From an uncultured virus (IMG/VR IMGVR_UViG_3300043446_002182) (Duplodnaviria; Heunggongvirae; Uroviricota; Caudoviricetes), in IMG/VR virus record IMGVR_UViG_3300043446_002182: 64,000 nt of DNA, one strand, 5' to 3'. How positions within the stretch are numbered: position 1 is the stretch's first letter; each line of letters starts with the position of its first letter. The position numbers were made by a program, and so were the translations under genes. The notes under the pieces were generated by a model. The model was not told the origin of the DNA. It worked only from the letters and a program-made list of their open reading frames with translations, and did not search any database. Positions 26,829 through 36,598 of this stretch are shown here, piece after piece.

Positions 26829-29126
26829 ATGGGAAGCCAACAATCAATTCAACCGACCCCATCGTTAATTTCGATTCCGTCGAATTATCCCCACTTCCCT
26901 ACTCCGGGTAAGTTGCAAATTTTGTGGGAAGGTAACAGCAAGAGCCTGTATCATCGTCTTTCTCCCTATGTGAGTTATGACCAAAACAGCGGCTTGATTA
27001 AGGGATTTACCATTCAACCATATTGGTATGTTTATCCCGATGAAAACAAGAAGGGATTGAATGCTCTCAAGAGATATGAATCTCGTGTTTTTCCAATTGG
27101 TTCTGCTCCAATTGATGTTGTCCGAACCGCAAAATTCTTGGGTTCTGGCAATGGTATCATTTTCTTAGGCAAACAGTTCCTACTTCAAACTGGAAATCCA
27201 TACAACGAAACTCGTATTTATAACCCCTCATCACCCATTGTTGCAGCAGGAATGGGTCTGGCATTCAACACTGTTCGACCAAATCGTGCATTTGATACTT
27301 CTGCGGGGTTAGCGGGTGTCGCTGGTAGTCTTCTTGGTGGTCTCGGTTCAGCCATTTTTGGCAAATCTATTAACCCACCAGCAGGAACCAAGGGTGGTGC
27401 TCTTCCACTTATCAATGCCAAATCTGGCGGCAAAGGACTTCTCCGTGCCGGTACTGCAATTGGGGGCGTTGGCAATGTAGATGCGATGTGGAAAAAGAAG
27501 CAGGGGTTTGGATTCATCAAATCTCTTTTTGCAAACTTCATTCCTCAACGCCAAGATGAAAATGTGAAATATCGCAGTGATGAAGGCACATATGGCAAAA
27601 TGATTGCTGATGCGAATTTCAGATTGTGGATGGATAGAGCAAGTCCAACTATCGAACTAAAGTCGGCGAGAACTCCTCCGTTCCAGATGTGGGTTGCTGG
27701 TGGAACTTTGATGCGTAAGGATTCAGAAAACGTCAAGGTTTCTGTGCGGCAATTTGGATGCTACATGAATGAGGACGGAATGAATGCGTTTTACGCAACG
27801 GCAAAGTCCATAGAAAGTGGAAGGTACATCCCCACTGTCGGTCATGTCGGGTATGAACGCAAAGCGAGTACGAACGAACTTAAACCGGGCATACGATATA
27901 GTGATAACATTGGTGAAAGGGTCAATGCTGATTATGATGCATCCGACATCATGTATAACTATTCCTTTTATGCTGACCCACCAGAAAGGTTCTTAACCAA
28001 GAGAAGCGATACGGACATTGTTCGGACAACTAACCTGCAAATGACCAAACTCTTGAATAAAATCAAGGAGACGGGAGTTTATGATGTCACAATTCCAGAT
28101 GGGGCACGAGTTATCACGAGCAACCAACAGTCTGATAGCCCTGCGGGATATGACCGACTTTTCAAGACGGCTGAAAAAGGAAAATCTCCAATGAACTATC
28201 CATTGGGTGTCCTCAAGGATTACAGAACATCCCGAGTCGTAGATGACAAACTCACAACGAACCCCGGTGAAAAGTCGCTTAAACTGCCTACGGCTGGACG
28301 AATGGATGCTTTGAACACTTTGACAGTGCTTGGGAAAGACCAGAAAGTTCCTAACTCACTCGTGAAGGGATGGACCAAGTGGCAACCGTATGTTGACGAC
28401 CAAATTGCATTTTTCTTCTATGACGTAGTGAATGAGAAATACATACCATTCCGTTGCACCGTGAAGGGGCTGAATGAAAGTCTCGCAGCCTCATGGGAAG
28501 ACATGCAGTTCATTGGACGTGGTGACAAGGTGTATTCATACGGTGGATTCACTCGGAATCTTTCATTCGGAATGAAAATTGTCATTGGAAGCATCATTGA
28601 ACTCGCCCCCACATGGCAACGTATCAACTACCTTGCAACTTTGGTCAAACCCGCAAACTATACTTTTTCGCAACAGAATCAATCGTATAACCGCTTTATG
28701 GTTCCTCCGATGGTCATGCTGACGTTGGGTGATATGTATAAAGACCACCCAATACTCATCAACTCAATCAACATTGTTGTTCCCGATGATGCAGCATGGG
28801 AGACCCAACACCAAGTAAACAATGAGCAGTGGGAATACCTAGCCTCGTTTATCAAGAGCAAGTCTGCTTTGAAATTTGGCCAACTGCCACGGGAAATTGA
28901 AATCTCTGTCGGAGCAGTATTGTTGGAAAAGGAACGGGCAATTGTTGGTGGTGCAAACTTCGGACATGCCCCACGGCAAGATGATAATCCATATCGGTGG
29001 AATACCGATGCTGTCTTGAGTGCTACACAGATGACACCACTCGATAAGTCGCTTGTTGTGACGAAAGACAATGCGACCATCTATAGCGACGATGAAGCTG
29101 CTGCACAGGAAAGAGAGTTTAGTTAA
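26829..29126 (+). CDS. Baseplate/tail-tube initiator-like protein
   Basis: C-terminal FR..V.GL.E...W....IGRG..VY.YGGF.R.LSF and LTLGDMY tube-like motifs; position after tape measure. Confidence 0.7.
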   Translation: MGSQQSIQPTPSLISIPSNYPHFPTPGKLQILWEGNSKSLYHRLSPYVSYDQNSGLIKGFTIQPYWYVYPDENKKGLNALKRYESRVFPIGSAPIDVVRTAKFLGSGNGIIFLGKQFLLQTGNPYNETRIYNPSSPIVAAGMGLAFNTVRPNRAFDTSAGLAGVAGSLLGGLGSAIFGKSINPPAGTKGGALPLINAKSGGKGLLRAGTAIGGVGNVDAMWKKKQGFGFIKSLFANFIPQRQDENVKYRSDEGTYGKMIADANFRLWMDRASPTIELKSARTPPFQMWVAGGTLMRKDSENVKVSVRQFGCYMNEDGMNAFYATAKSIESGRYIPTVGHVGYERKASTNELKPGIRYSDNIGERVNADYDASDIMYNYSFYADPPERFLTKRSDTDIVRTTNLQMTKLLNKIKETGVYDVTIPDGARVITSNQQSDSPAGYDRLFKTAEKGKSPMNYPLGVLKDYRTSRVVDDKLTTNPGEKSLKLPTAGRMDALNTLTVLGKDQKVPNSLVKGWTKWQPYVDDQIAFFFYDVVNEKYIPFRCTVKGLNESLAASWEDMQFIGRGDKVYSYGGFTRNLSFGMKIVIGSIIELAPTWQRINYLATLVKPANYTFSQQNQSYNRFMVPPMVMLTLGDMYKDHPILINSINIVVPDDAAWETQHQVNNEQWEYLASFIKSKSALKFGQLPREIEISVGAVLLEKERAIVGGANFGHAPRQDDNPYRWNTDAVLSATQMTPLDKSLVVTKDNATIYSDDEAAAQEREFS

Positions 29127-29128
29127 GT

Positions 29129-29428
29129 ATGAAGAGATACACGAGCACACCAACTCAAAACAGGTTTGATGGAAAGCGAGTCTATAAGACTACCACATAT
29201 CCTGTGATTGTGCCCCTTCCAACCGACATTCAAGTTGTTTCCAATGAAGGAGATTATTTAGATTCCTTGGCATATAAATACTATGGAGACCCCACATTGT
29301 TTTGGGTGATTGCTTTGGCAAATAACCTCGGAAAAGGAAGATTGAGCGTTCCACCCGGATTAACACTACGTATTCCTGTCAATGTCAATGATTTGATAGA
29401 CCAATTCAACCGACTGAATTCACAATAA
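29129..29428 (+). CDS. LysM-like baseplate wedge protein (gp53/tail X-like)
   Basis: GDYLDSLAYKYYGDPTLFWVIALAN...GLTLRIP. Confidence 0.9.
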   Translation: MKRYTSTPTQNRFDGKRVYKTTTYPVIVPLPTDIQVVSNEGDYLDSLAYKYYGDPTLFWVIALANNLGKGRLSVPPGLTLRIPVNVNDLIDQFNRLNSQ

Positions 29429-29431
29429 GTT

Positions 29432-31906
29432 ATGGCAACGCCGTTAATACCGTGGGAACCATGTAACATCCCAGAAGAACTCCAAGGCGAGCTTAATCGT
29501 CGAAAAATCAACCGTAGTTTTCGGTTCATTGAAGGAGCAAAAGGAGAGTGGGACAAGGATGATGGTGAGTGGAACCAATATCGAGGCCCAATGACGCCGT
29601 GGGTTCGGTTTTGCTCAAATGGTTATGGCCGTGAAGACATGCAACCTCCAAAGCCGGGGTTTGTCTTCTTTGGAGGAAAAAACTTCTACAGTGGCTACGG
29701 GTTTGAAAAAAATACAAGTGGAGTTCAAGAGGGTGTTATTGGATATGTTCCTGATGGAAAAGGAACAACGCACACCATCATAAACGACCTCAATACAAGT
29801 GACTATCCGATTCACGTTCCACCACCCGAGATTGAGAAAATCACGGTCACAATCCAGAAAGAACTGTTCCGCCGTGCAACTGTGGAATGGACTTGCTTTT
29901 CCAAAAAACAGTTGGAGTATATGACTCCATACTTCCTCGTTCCCGGCATCACATGTGTTTTGGAATGGGGATGGAATCATTTTGACCCGACATCACTAAT
30001 TCGCCTCGATTTAGTTGATGAACTCAAACGGCTCAATAACAACCCATACCCACTTTACACCAAACACATTCTGAAATCGAAGGGAAACTACGATGTCCTT
30101 TTCGGAAAGATTACTCATTTCGAGTGGTCTGCCGATGGAAACAAGTTGAAGTGTAAGACTGAAATTACTTCACAAGACCGCATTTATGCTGGTCTAGTAG
30201 TTGATTCCAACGCCACAGCACAAAATCCAACCGATGATAAAAAAGACGAGGACGTGCGACCTCTCGACAACATGAAGCAGTTCGTTGAGAAATCGTTAGG
30301 ACAGTTCAAATCCGTTAAAGATACGGATCCTGCCAACATTGATGGGTTGCAAGATTTCGTGACATATCTCCAAGACCACCATCAGAAAAACTGGAAAGAG
30401 TATATCTATGCGGTTTTCTATGGCAGAGATATTAACGACACGAAACAAGACACCGTTCAGTTTGACAACAAGAAAGAAGACTTTGACAGAAAAAAGAACG
30501 ATGACGTTTGGTTGAGCATGGGATTGGTCATGGAGATTATCAACTACTTTGTGTCGCCCGCAAGGGGATACAAAGGAGCAGAGATGTTCCGTGTAGATAT
30601 TGACGACTGTGTTATCAGCGGGCATCCAAATCTCATTTCATCCGATGGAGAAGTTTTACTCATTCCAAATGCCGAAGCTCCGAAGTATTTCGTCGGTGTT
30701 CCGGGGCGAAACTCATTAGAGTCCGCTTCGGATAAAGAGAAGGATTATGATTCGGTAATGAACCAAACAACCAATCCAGATCCAGTGGTGAAGTGGATGA
30801 AGAAAGATGAAGCGGAAGCAAAGGGGATGCTTGCTGATTATCGAATACAGAAAATATGTCGTCCCACACAAAACGCAATCAAACGAGATAACCTCGACGA
30901 GTTGATTAACAAGATACGTTACGATAAGGCTGGAAGCGGCCAAACGTTTGAGTTTCCGTTTTTGAACGACGCATCACTTGTTCCCAACTCAAAACCATAC
31001 CCACGACGATACGCCGGGCTTTTGAAGAATCTTTACTTGAACACAAAATGTTTCAAGAAATGGGTAAACGATTCAAGCATCAAAACTTACCCTCAGCTTA
31101 TCGAAAAGCTTTTGGGCGAAATCAGTATTGCGGCAGGAAACTTTTGGGACTTCCGAATTGTATCCGGTACTGGACGTGATGGATTATTGCCAGATGAGCC
31201 AGCAACGATGAAGATTGTTGATAACCGATTCATGACCACTGCAAATCGTGGAACTCCATACTTCTTTGATTACTTCGATGCCGACAGTCTTCTCCAAGGA
31301 CTTAGCTTTAAGCCTACCTTGAGCAACGCTCAGGCAATCCGCACCATTTACGCCCAAACCAACAACCCCGACAAGAAGACGACATTGACAAATGGAGAAA
31401 ATGAGTTGTTGGATTACCATTTCCGTGACCGACTCTTCATGGATGAAAACAAGAAGAACACAAGACCCATCAAGACGTCAACTGATAACTTTGACAAGAC
31501 GATAACTGAACTTCAACAGTTATCCCCAATGGCAGGGTCATATCAAATGACGATGAAAAACAAAAATGGCGTCATCGTCGTTCGTCGTTTGTGTCTGCCC
31601 GCTTCGGATATTTTGAAGTTGTTGTTGGATGATGGTGACGAAGAGAGAAATCCCAAATACACTGGAATCATGCCGGGTATTCAGGCACAATTCACCATTC
31701 AGGGAATCGGGGGTCTCAGAACGTTTATGATGTTCTTGGTTCGCAATTTGCCAGAGCCATATTCGCACAAAAACATTGTTTTCCGAATCGTGGACGTTCA
31801 AGAGTCCATTGATATGAGTAAATGGACAACCACTGTGACCGCAGGCGTTATCCCGCTACGAGAACACATCAAGAAGCGTCTCCAAATCAACACGAAAACA
31901 AGTTGA
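29432..31906 (+). CDS. Probable baseplate hub protein
   Basis: Follows the LysM gene; C-terminal TIQGIGGL...F.I.DV..SI...WTT.V motif of hub-like proteins. Confidence 0.6.
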   Translation: MATPLIPWEPCNIPEELQGELNRRKINRSFRFIEGAKGEWDKDDGEWNQYRGPMTPWVRFCSNGYGREDMQPPKPGFVFFGGKNFYSGYGFEKNTSGVQEGVIGYVPDGKGTTHTIINDLNTSDYPIHVPPPEIEKITVTIQKELFRRATVEWTCFSKKQLEYMTPYFLVPGITCVLEWGWNHFDPTSLIRLDLVDELKRLNNNPYPLYTKHILKSKGNYDVLFGKITHFEWSADGNKLKCKTEITSQDRIYAGLVVDSNATAQNPTDDKKDEDVRPLDNMKQFVEKSLGQFKSVKDTDPANIDGLQDFVTYLQDHHQKNWKEYIYAVFYGRDINDTKQDTVQFDNKKEDFDRKKNDDVWLSMGLVMEIINYFVSPARGYKGAEMFRVDIDDCVISGHPNLISSDGEVLLIPNAEAPKYFVGVPGRNSLESASDKEKDYDSVMNQTTNPDPVVKWMKKDEAEAKGMLADYRIQKICRPTQNAIKRDNLDELINKIRYDKAGSGQTFEFPFLNDASLVPNSKPYPRRYAGLLKNLYLNTKCFKKWVNDSSIKTYPQLIEKLLGEISIAAGNFWDFRIVSGTGRDGLLPDEPATMKIVDNRFMTTANRGTPYFFDYFDADSLLQGLSFKPTLSNAQAIRTIYAQTNNPDKKTTLTNGENELLDYHFRDRLFMDENKKNTRPIKTSTDNFDKTITELQQLSPMAGSYQMTMKNKNGVIVVRRLCLPASDILKLLLDDGDEERNPKYTGIMPGIQAQFTIQGIGGLRTFMMFLVRNLPEPYSHKNIVFRIVDVQESIDMSKWTTTVTAGVIPLREHIKKRLQINTKTS

Positions 31907-31940
31907 CTTGCGTAACCATTTATGATAGTGTGCTCGACTG

Positions 31941-33287
31941 ATGATAGAGACACACGAGGATTTACAACGCTTTCATAGAGAAAATCTCGAAGGTGATTGG
32001 ATTGTACATATCGTCCCCACGGATGGCGAAGTTCACGCCGTTGCCTCAAAACCCTCTTTACTCTTCATCCGAAACCTTTCTACATCAAAGACTTACGGGT
32101 TTTCTTTCTGCCACCCAGATTCTATTCCAACTATCAGTCAGCAAGATATTTTGGCGGAACTGAGCATCCACAAAAATCAAAAATGGGCACTTGACAAAAA
32201 GATTGTTGACCAACTCTTGCCACTTGAAAATGTTCTTGATGCGAATCTTGCGGGCTACATGATGGACAACTCAATCATTGAACTTGCTGAGTATGAGACA
32301 CCTGCTCATGGCCTTATCAGACGAAACTCTCACGGTCACAATCGTCTAAATCAAGCCATACCAATGGTGAAGCATTTGGAAACGTTTGATGGGATGGCGG
32401 ACGATTTGACAAAGATGTTGAAACATTTCACGGTTGACACGGCCTTCACTCGGTTTAACTCGCTCATCATTGAAACCCTTGGTAGATTGGAGTCGGAAGG
32501 AATTTACGTGGATAAGGACTTGTTCCACAAACATTTTGACGTGGAGTGTGACGGTATGGTGTATAGTCAATACAACGTCTATACAGCCACGGGGCGTCCG
32601 AGCAATCGTTATGGTGGAGTGAACTATGCGGCACTGAATCAATCAGATGGTAGTCGGCGATGTTTCCGCTCTCGGTATGGTAACGACGGACGTATTGTTG
32701 TCATTGATTACACAGCATTTCATCCTCGGATTATCAGCACGCTAACGAAATACCCCATTGACGTTGACGTTGACATTTATGAGTATCTCGCCAAGCTTTT
32801 CTTTCAGAAAAAAGAGGTTGATGAAACTGATATTGCCAATGCAAAGCAGTTGACTTTTCGCCAACTCTACGGCGGCGTGGAAGAGAAATATGCTCACATA
32901 AAATACTTGGCAAATCTCAAAACGTTCATCAATGAACAATGGGAACTTTTTCAACAGCATGGGTATATTGAGACACCACTCTTCAAACGCAAGATTACCT
33001 CCCACCATATCCATGACCCTAATCCCGCCAAGCTTTTCAACTATATTCTTCAAGCCGTAGAGGGTGAGATTGCCATCCCCAAGCTCAAGAGTGTTCAAGA
33101 ATACTTGCAGGGTAAAAAGACCAAAGCCATTCTCTACACCTACGACGCAGTTCTGTATGACTTCCATAAGGAGGATGGATTGAAGACATTGAACGATATT
33201 CGGCGAATAATGAGTTTCGATGGGGCGTTTCCAATGAAAACTTACATAGGCGAGACCTATCAAGACGTGAAGTTGGTAAGCTTGTAA
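31941..33287 (+). CDS. Compact family-A DNA polymerase-like protein
   Basis: TATGRPSN; motif A IDYTAFHPR; motif B K.LTF..LYGG; FNYILQ; motif C YTYDAVLYD. Confidence 0.85.
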   Translation: MIETHEDLQRFHRENLEGDWIVHIVPTDGEVHAVASKPSLLFIRNLSTSKTYGFSFCHPDSIPTISQQDILAELSIHKNQKWALDKKIVDQLLPLENVLDANLAGYMMDNSIIELAEYETPAHGLIRRNSHGHNRLNQAIPMVKHLETFDGMADDLTKMLKHFTVDTAFTRFNSLIIETLGRLESEGIYVDKDLFHKHFDVECDGMVYSQYNVYTATGRPSNRYGGVNYAALNQSDGSRRCFRSRYGNDGRIVVIDYTAFHPRIISTLTKYPIDVDVDIYEYLAKLFFQKKEVDETDIANAKQLTFRQLYGGVEEKYAHIKYLANLKTFINEQWELFQQHGYIETPLFKRKITSHHIHDPNPAKLFNYILQAVEGEIAIPKLKSVQEYLQGKKTKAILYTYDAVLYDFHKEDGLKTLNDIRRIMSFDGAFPMKTYIGETYQDVKLVSL

Positions 33288-33333
33288 AATATGTTCTTTT
33301 GCCGATCCTTTGGCATATTTATATTTCAAAGGT

Positions 33334-34104
33334 ATGGCTAACATTGTTGATAGAGTATTTGCCGAGGTTTGTTTGGACGAACGCATCAAAGACGGCATTT
33401 TCCGATTAGAAGAAGAAGAGCACATGAATGCTCTTCGTGATTATTTCCTGAAGAGAGGAATTACGCAGGAGGCCGCTGTTGCTGTAACCAATCGCATGGT
33501 TGAAGGACGCTTCCCAGAACGTCAAGCCTACAATAAGGATGGCATTCTAGTCACATTCCCAACCCCACAGCACAAAGCAAAGGCTATTGCTCGGGGAACA
33601 CATTTTGAAAAGAATCCGGCTCCGCAGAATTCTACTCCACCGAAAGAAGAGCCAAAGCGTCCAGATTTGAAGCCGACCGATAAGGCTGATGATTTGCCGC
33701 CCAAAGAGCCTGCACAAGCCCCAGCCCCAAAGGAAGAGCCTGCTGGCGGCGTTGTGAACAAGGTTCAGCAAGGTGGAGTGGAGTTGGCAGTCGAACCGCC
33801 CCGTGGTGCTGAAAAGCCAGAATCCGCTCCCGTGCCCCAAGCACCCCAAGAGCCTCAAGCACCAAGAAGGCCTGAGAGAATTGCGGCAGAGAAAGAAGTC
33901 ATCAAACAAATTTTGGCGACTGATGATACGGCATTGAATCCCGTTGACCCAGCATTGAGTGAGAACAGCAATCCTGAGTTGGAGAAGAACATCCGAGAAA
34001 TGCGGGAGAAGATTGTGAAAGTGGTGGACAGCCTTCCATATCCTGAACTGAAAGAACTATACAACCGAGTGTTCATCAAATACGTTTACGGAGTGGGTAA
34101 ATAA
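33334..34104 (+). CDS. Hypothetical late protein with Pro/Glu-rich linker
   Basis: TATTTATA at 33316; ATG 33334. Confidence 0.7.
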   Translation: MANIVDRVFAEVCLDERIKDGIFRLEEEEHMNALRDYFLKRGITQEAAVAVTNRMVEGRFPERQAYNKDGILVTFPTPQHKAKAIARGTHFEKNPAPQNSTPPKEEPKRPDLKPTDKADDLPPKEPAQAPAPKEEPAGGVVNKVQQGGVELAVEPPRGAEKPESAPVPQAPQEPQAPRRPERIAAEKEVIKQILATDDTALNPVDPALSENSNPELEKNIREMREKIVKVVDSLPYPELKELYNRVFIKYVYGVGK

Positions 34105-34116
34105 GGTTTCAATTCT

Positions 34117-34515
34117 ATGAGTGACTTTGACAATCGCCAACTGTTGTGTACATTCACAACCACTAAAGATTTCCGTGAAGTCGTAGCTGAAGTTCAAAAG
34201 TTTTACGAGGTTTACAGCCAGCGTATTTTCGCCTTCACCAATGTCAAAAACCCCAAGGAAGTGTATCTGACGTATAACGTTGTGAACATGCAAAAGGGTG
34301 CTCCAAAATTTCCCAACACGATTCTGATTCATCGTAAAAAGCAAACCAACACGCTCTATACGTTGAACGCAATGAATCGTCTGATTGAAGAAGAAAATGG
34401 AAAGGCCGACAAGTCCTACGTGGTCAACTGGAAACTCTATTCCAACTCGTTGATTATCACGGGCGAAGTCTCCGTTCGCATTATTCCTCTGAAAATCTTC
34501 AATGTCTTCGAGTGA
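34117..34515 (+). CDS. Hypothetical phage protein
   Basis: 132-aa ORF with codon usage like neighbouring core genes. Confidence 0.75.
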   Translation: MSDFDNRQLLCTFTTTKDFREVVAEVQKFYEVYSQRIFAFTNVKNPKEVYLTYNVVNMQKGAPKFPNTILIHRKKQTNTLYTLNAMNRLIEEENGKADKSYVVNWKLYSNSLIITGEVSVRIIPLKIFNVFE

Positions 34516-34567
34516 CAGCACTTCAAATATAAAATCATTTTCACACATTTGATGCATATGTATTCAT

Positions 34568-35089
34568 ATGAAATCAAAAAATCAGAGAAGAGTTATTAAC
34601 GTTCCCAAAGAACAGTTTGATACAATCAAAGCGTATTGTGATGCACGAACTTTGGATATGCCTAAATGGGTAGTAAAAAATTCCCTTGAGAAAATCCCCA
34701 ACATCAATCAAGAAGATGATTTTTTATCTTTACTTGAAGATGACTCATCTATCAAGTTCAAAACATATGAAAACGTAGAACCAAGGTTTAGGTTTACAAA
34801 AGAGTTTATTTGTAATGTGTTATTTCCTGATACCGACCATGCGGCATGGAGTGTGGAAAAAATGCCCGAATATAAATGTTTTCATATAAAAGAAATAGTT
34901 ACATCTTCTCCGTTTTCTAAGCCGACTACTTATTATGGTGTAGGAGATTATGCATTTGTTGCAATACAGAATGCATATAAAGATTTGTGTGATAGTATTG
35001 AGTGGTGTATTGAGTTCGACCATAAGACAAAATTACCATATTGGGTGTATAGGCTTTTTACCAATGATAAATCATATTATGAGACGTAA
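34568..35089 (+). CDS. Hypothetical protein with possible N-terminal ribbon-helix-helix
   Basis: RRVINVPKEQFDTIKAYC...MPKWV strand-helix-helix pattern; AT-rich. Confidence 0.55.
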   Translation: MKSKNQRRVINVPKEQFDTIKAYCDARTLDMPKWVVKNSLEKIPNINQEDDFLSLLEDDSSIKFKTYENVEPRFRFTKEFICNVLFPDTDHAAWSVEKMPEYKCFHIKEIVTSSPFSKPTTYYGVGDYAFVAIQNAYKDLCDSIEWCIEFDHKTKLPYWVYRLFTNDKSYYET

Positions 35090-35534
35090 AAGACAAGAAT
35101 ATGCTCGTCAATACTATCTGAAGCATAAAGAGAAATTTCAGAAAAGAAGTGCAGAGTATTATTCAAAACATAAGGATGAGTATAAAATAAAATTTCAGGA
35201 TTACAACCGAGCATACTATCGGAAGAATAAAGAACGAATAAATCGGAATCGTAAGCGAGACAAGTCATACATGTCTAACTTCCATCTGCGAAGAAAATAT
35301 GGGATGAGTGAACATGACTATATCGAGATGTTTAGATTACAGACTGGCTGTTGTGCAATTTGCGGCAAGGAGGCGTTAAAATATAAGCGTAAACTTGCAG
35401 TTGACCATAATCATACAACCGGAAAAATTCGAGGACTGTTATGCGTAAAATGCAACGGTGGACTCGGATGTTTTGAAGAAAATCCCGTGTTGTTTGACAA
35501 GGCCAAAGAGTATCTGTCCAAATTTTCCACTTAA
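35079..35534 (+). CDS. Endonuclease VII-like HNH homing endonuclease
   Basis: CAICG...LAVDHNHTTGKIRGLLCVKCNGGLG. Confidence 0.85.
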   Translation: MRRKRQEYARQYYLKHKEKFQKRSAEYYSKHKDEYKIKFQDYNRAYYRKNKERINRNRKRDKSYMSNFHLRRKYGMSEHDYIEMFRLQTGCCAICGKEALKYKRKLAVDHNHTTGKIRGLLCVKCNGGLGCFEENPVLFDKAKEYLSKFST

Positions 35535-35659
35535 AATAAGTTGTGAATTTTCGTTTTCTGTGATAGGATGATATGTATAGTAGATAACTCGATTAGATGT
35601 AATCTTTGATTATTGATACTCCGATTATCTAACTTAAACCAATTATCTGATTAAAAACT

Positions 35660-36508
35660 ATGGCAATTAACATTGCAAAACTCGCCGCACGTCTCCAAGA
35701 ATTTGAAGACGGTAAGAAAGCCTCCGAATTCTCGAAGCTTCTCTGGAAACCAAAAGAAGGAACCCAACGGGTTCGCATCGTCCCCTACAAGTATAACCCT
35801 GAGTCTCCGTTCATCGAACTCTCGTTCTACTACAACCTCGGTGGCAAACACTACCTGTCTCCTTCCACCTTTGGCAAGCCCGACCCGATTCAGGAAGTCA
35901 TTGACGTTCTCCGCTCTAGCGGCAGCAACGAAGAGAAGGAAATCGCCAAGAAACTGCAAGCAACCCCTCGCACTTACGTCCCCATCATCGTCCGTGGTGA
36001 AGAAGACCAAGGTGTTCGTTATTGGGGCTTCGGCGTGCAGGTTTACAAGGAACTCTTGAAGTTGATGACCAACCCTGAGTGGGGTGATATTACCTCCTAC
36101 ACGGAAGGTAACGACATCGAAGTTACCTTCACGAAGGTCTCCAACAAGAAGAACGTCAAGACTGGTCAGGCATTCCCTGAAACCAAGATTTTGGCTCTTC
36201 CTCGCAAGACGCCCGTCGTTGACCCGACTCGTCGTGACTTGATGGAAAAGGTCAAGGAACAGACGGAAATCACCAAGATTTTCCCTCTGAAAACCTATGA
36301 AGAACTCAAGGACGCCGTTGAAAAATGGCTGCATCCCGAAGACGGTGCTGACGCCGCTGCTGCGCCTGAAGGCACTGACACCCAAGAGGTTCAGTCGGAG
36401 TCTCAAACCGCTGCTCCCGTAGCGGCTACCGCTCCTACAACCACGGCTGCTGCTCCCGCCCAAGGCGAAGCAATGGCTGCTGAGTTCGAGAAATTCTTCA
36501 AGAGTTAA
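35660..36508 (+). CDS. Single-stranded DNA-binding protein (T4 gp32-like)
   Basis: WKP...VRIVP...PF, D..EGNDI motifs, acidic/Ala-rich tail ending EFEKFF; upstream of UvsX. Confidence 0.85.
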   Translation: MAINIAKLAARLQEFEDGKKASEFSKLLWKPKEGTQRVRIVPYKYNPESPFIELSFYYNLGGKHYLSPSTFGKPDPIQEVIDVLRSSGSNEEKEIAKKLQATPRTYVPIIVRGEEDQGVRYWGFGVQVYKELLKLMTNPEWGDITSYTEGNDIEVTFTKVSNKKNVKTGQAFPETKILALPRKTPVVDPTRRDLMEKVKEQTEITKIFPLKTYEELKDAVEKWLHPEDGADAAAAPEGTDTQEVQSESQTAAPVAATAPTTTAAAPAQGEAMAAEFEKFFKS

Positions 36509-36532
36509 TCGCTCCGAAGAACAATCAATCAA

Positions 36533-36568
36533 AATCTTGGGGAGTAGCAAACACTACTCCCCAAGATT
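36533..36568. terminator. Strong 15-bp hairpin between SSB and UvsX (terminator or processing site)
   Basis: aatcttggggagtag-caaaca-ctactccccaagatt. Confidence 0.65.
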
Positions 36569-36598
36569 CCTACTCTCTCATTTTCAACCCAAAATTTT

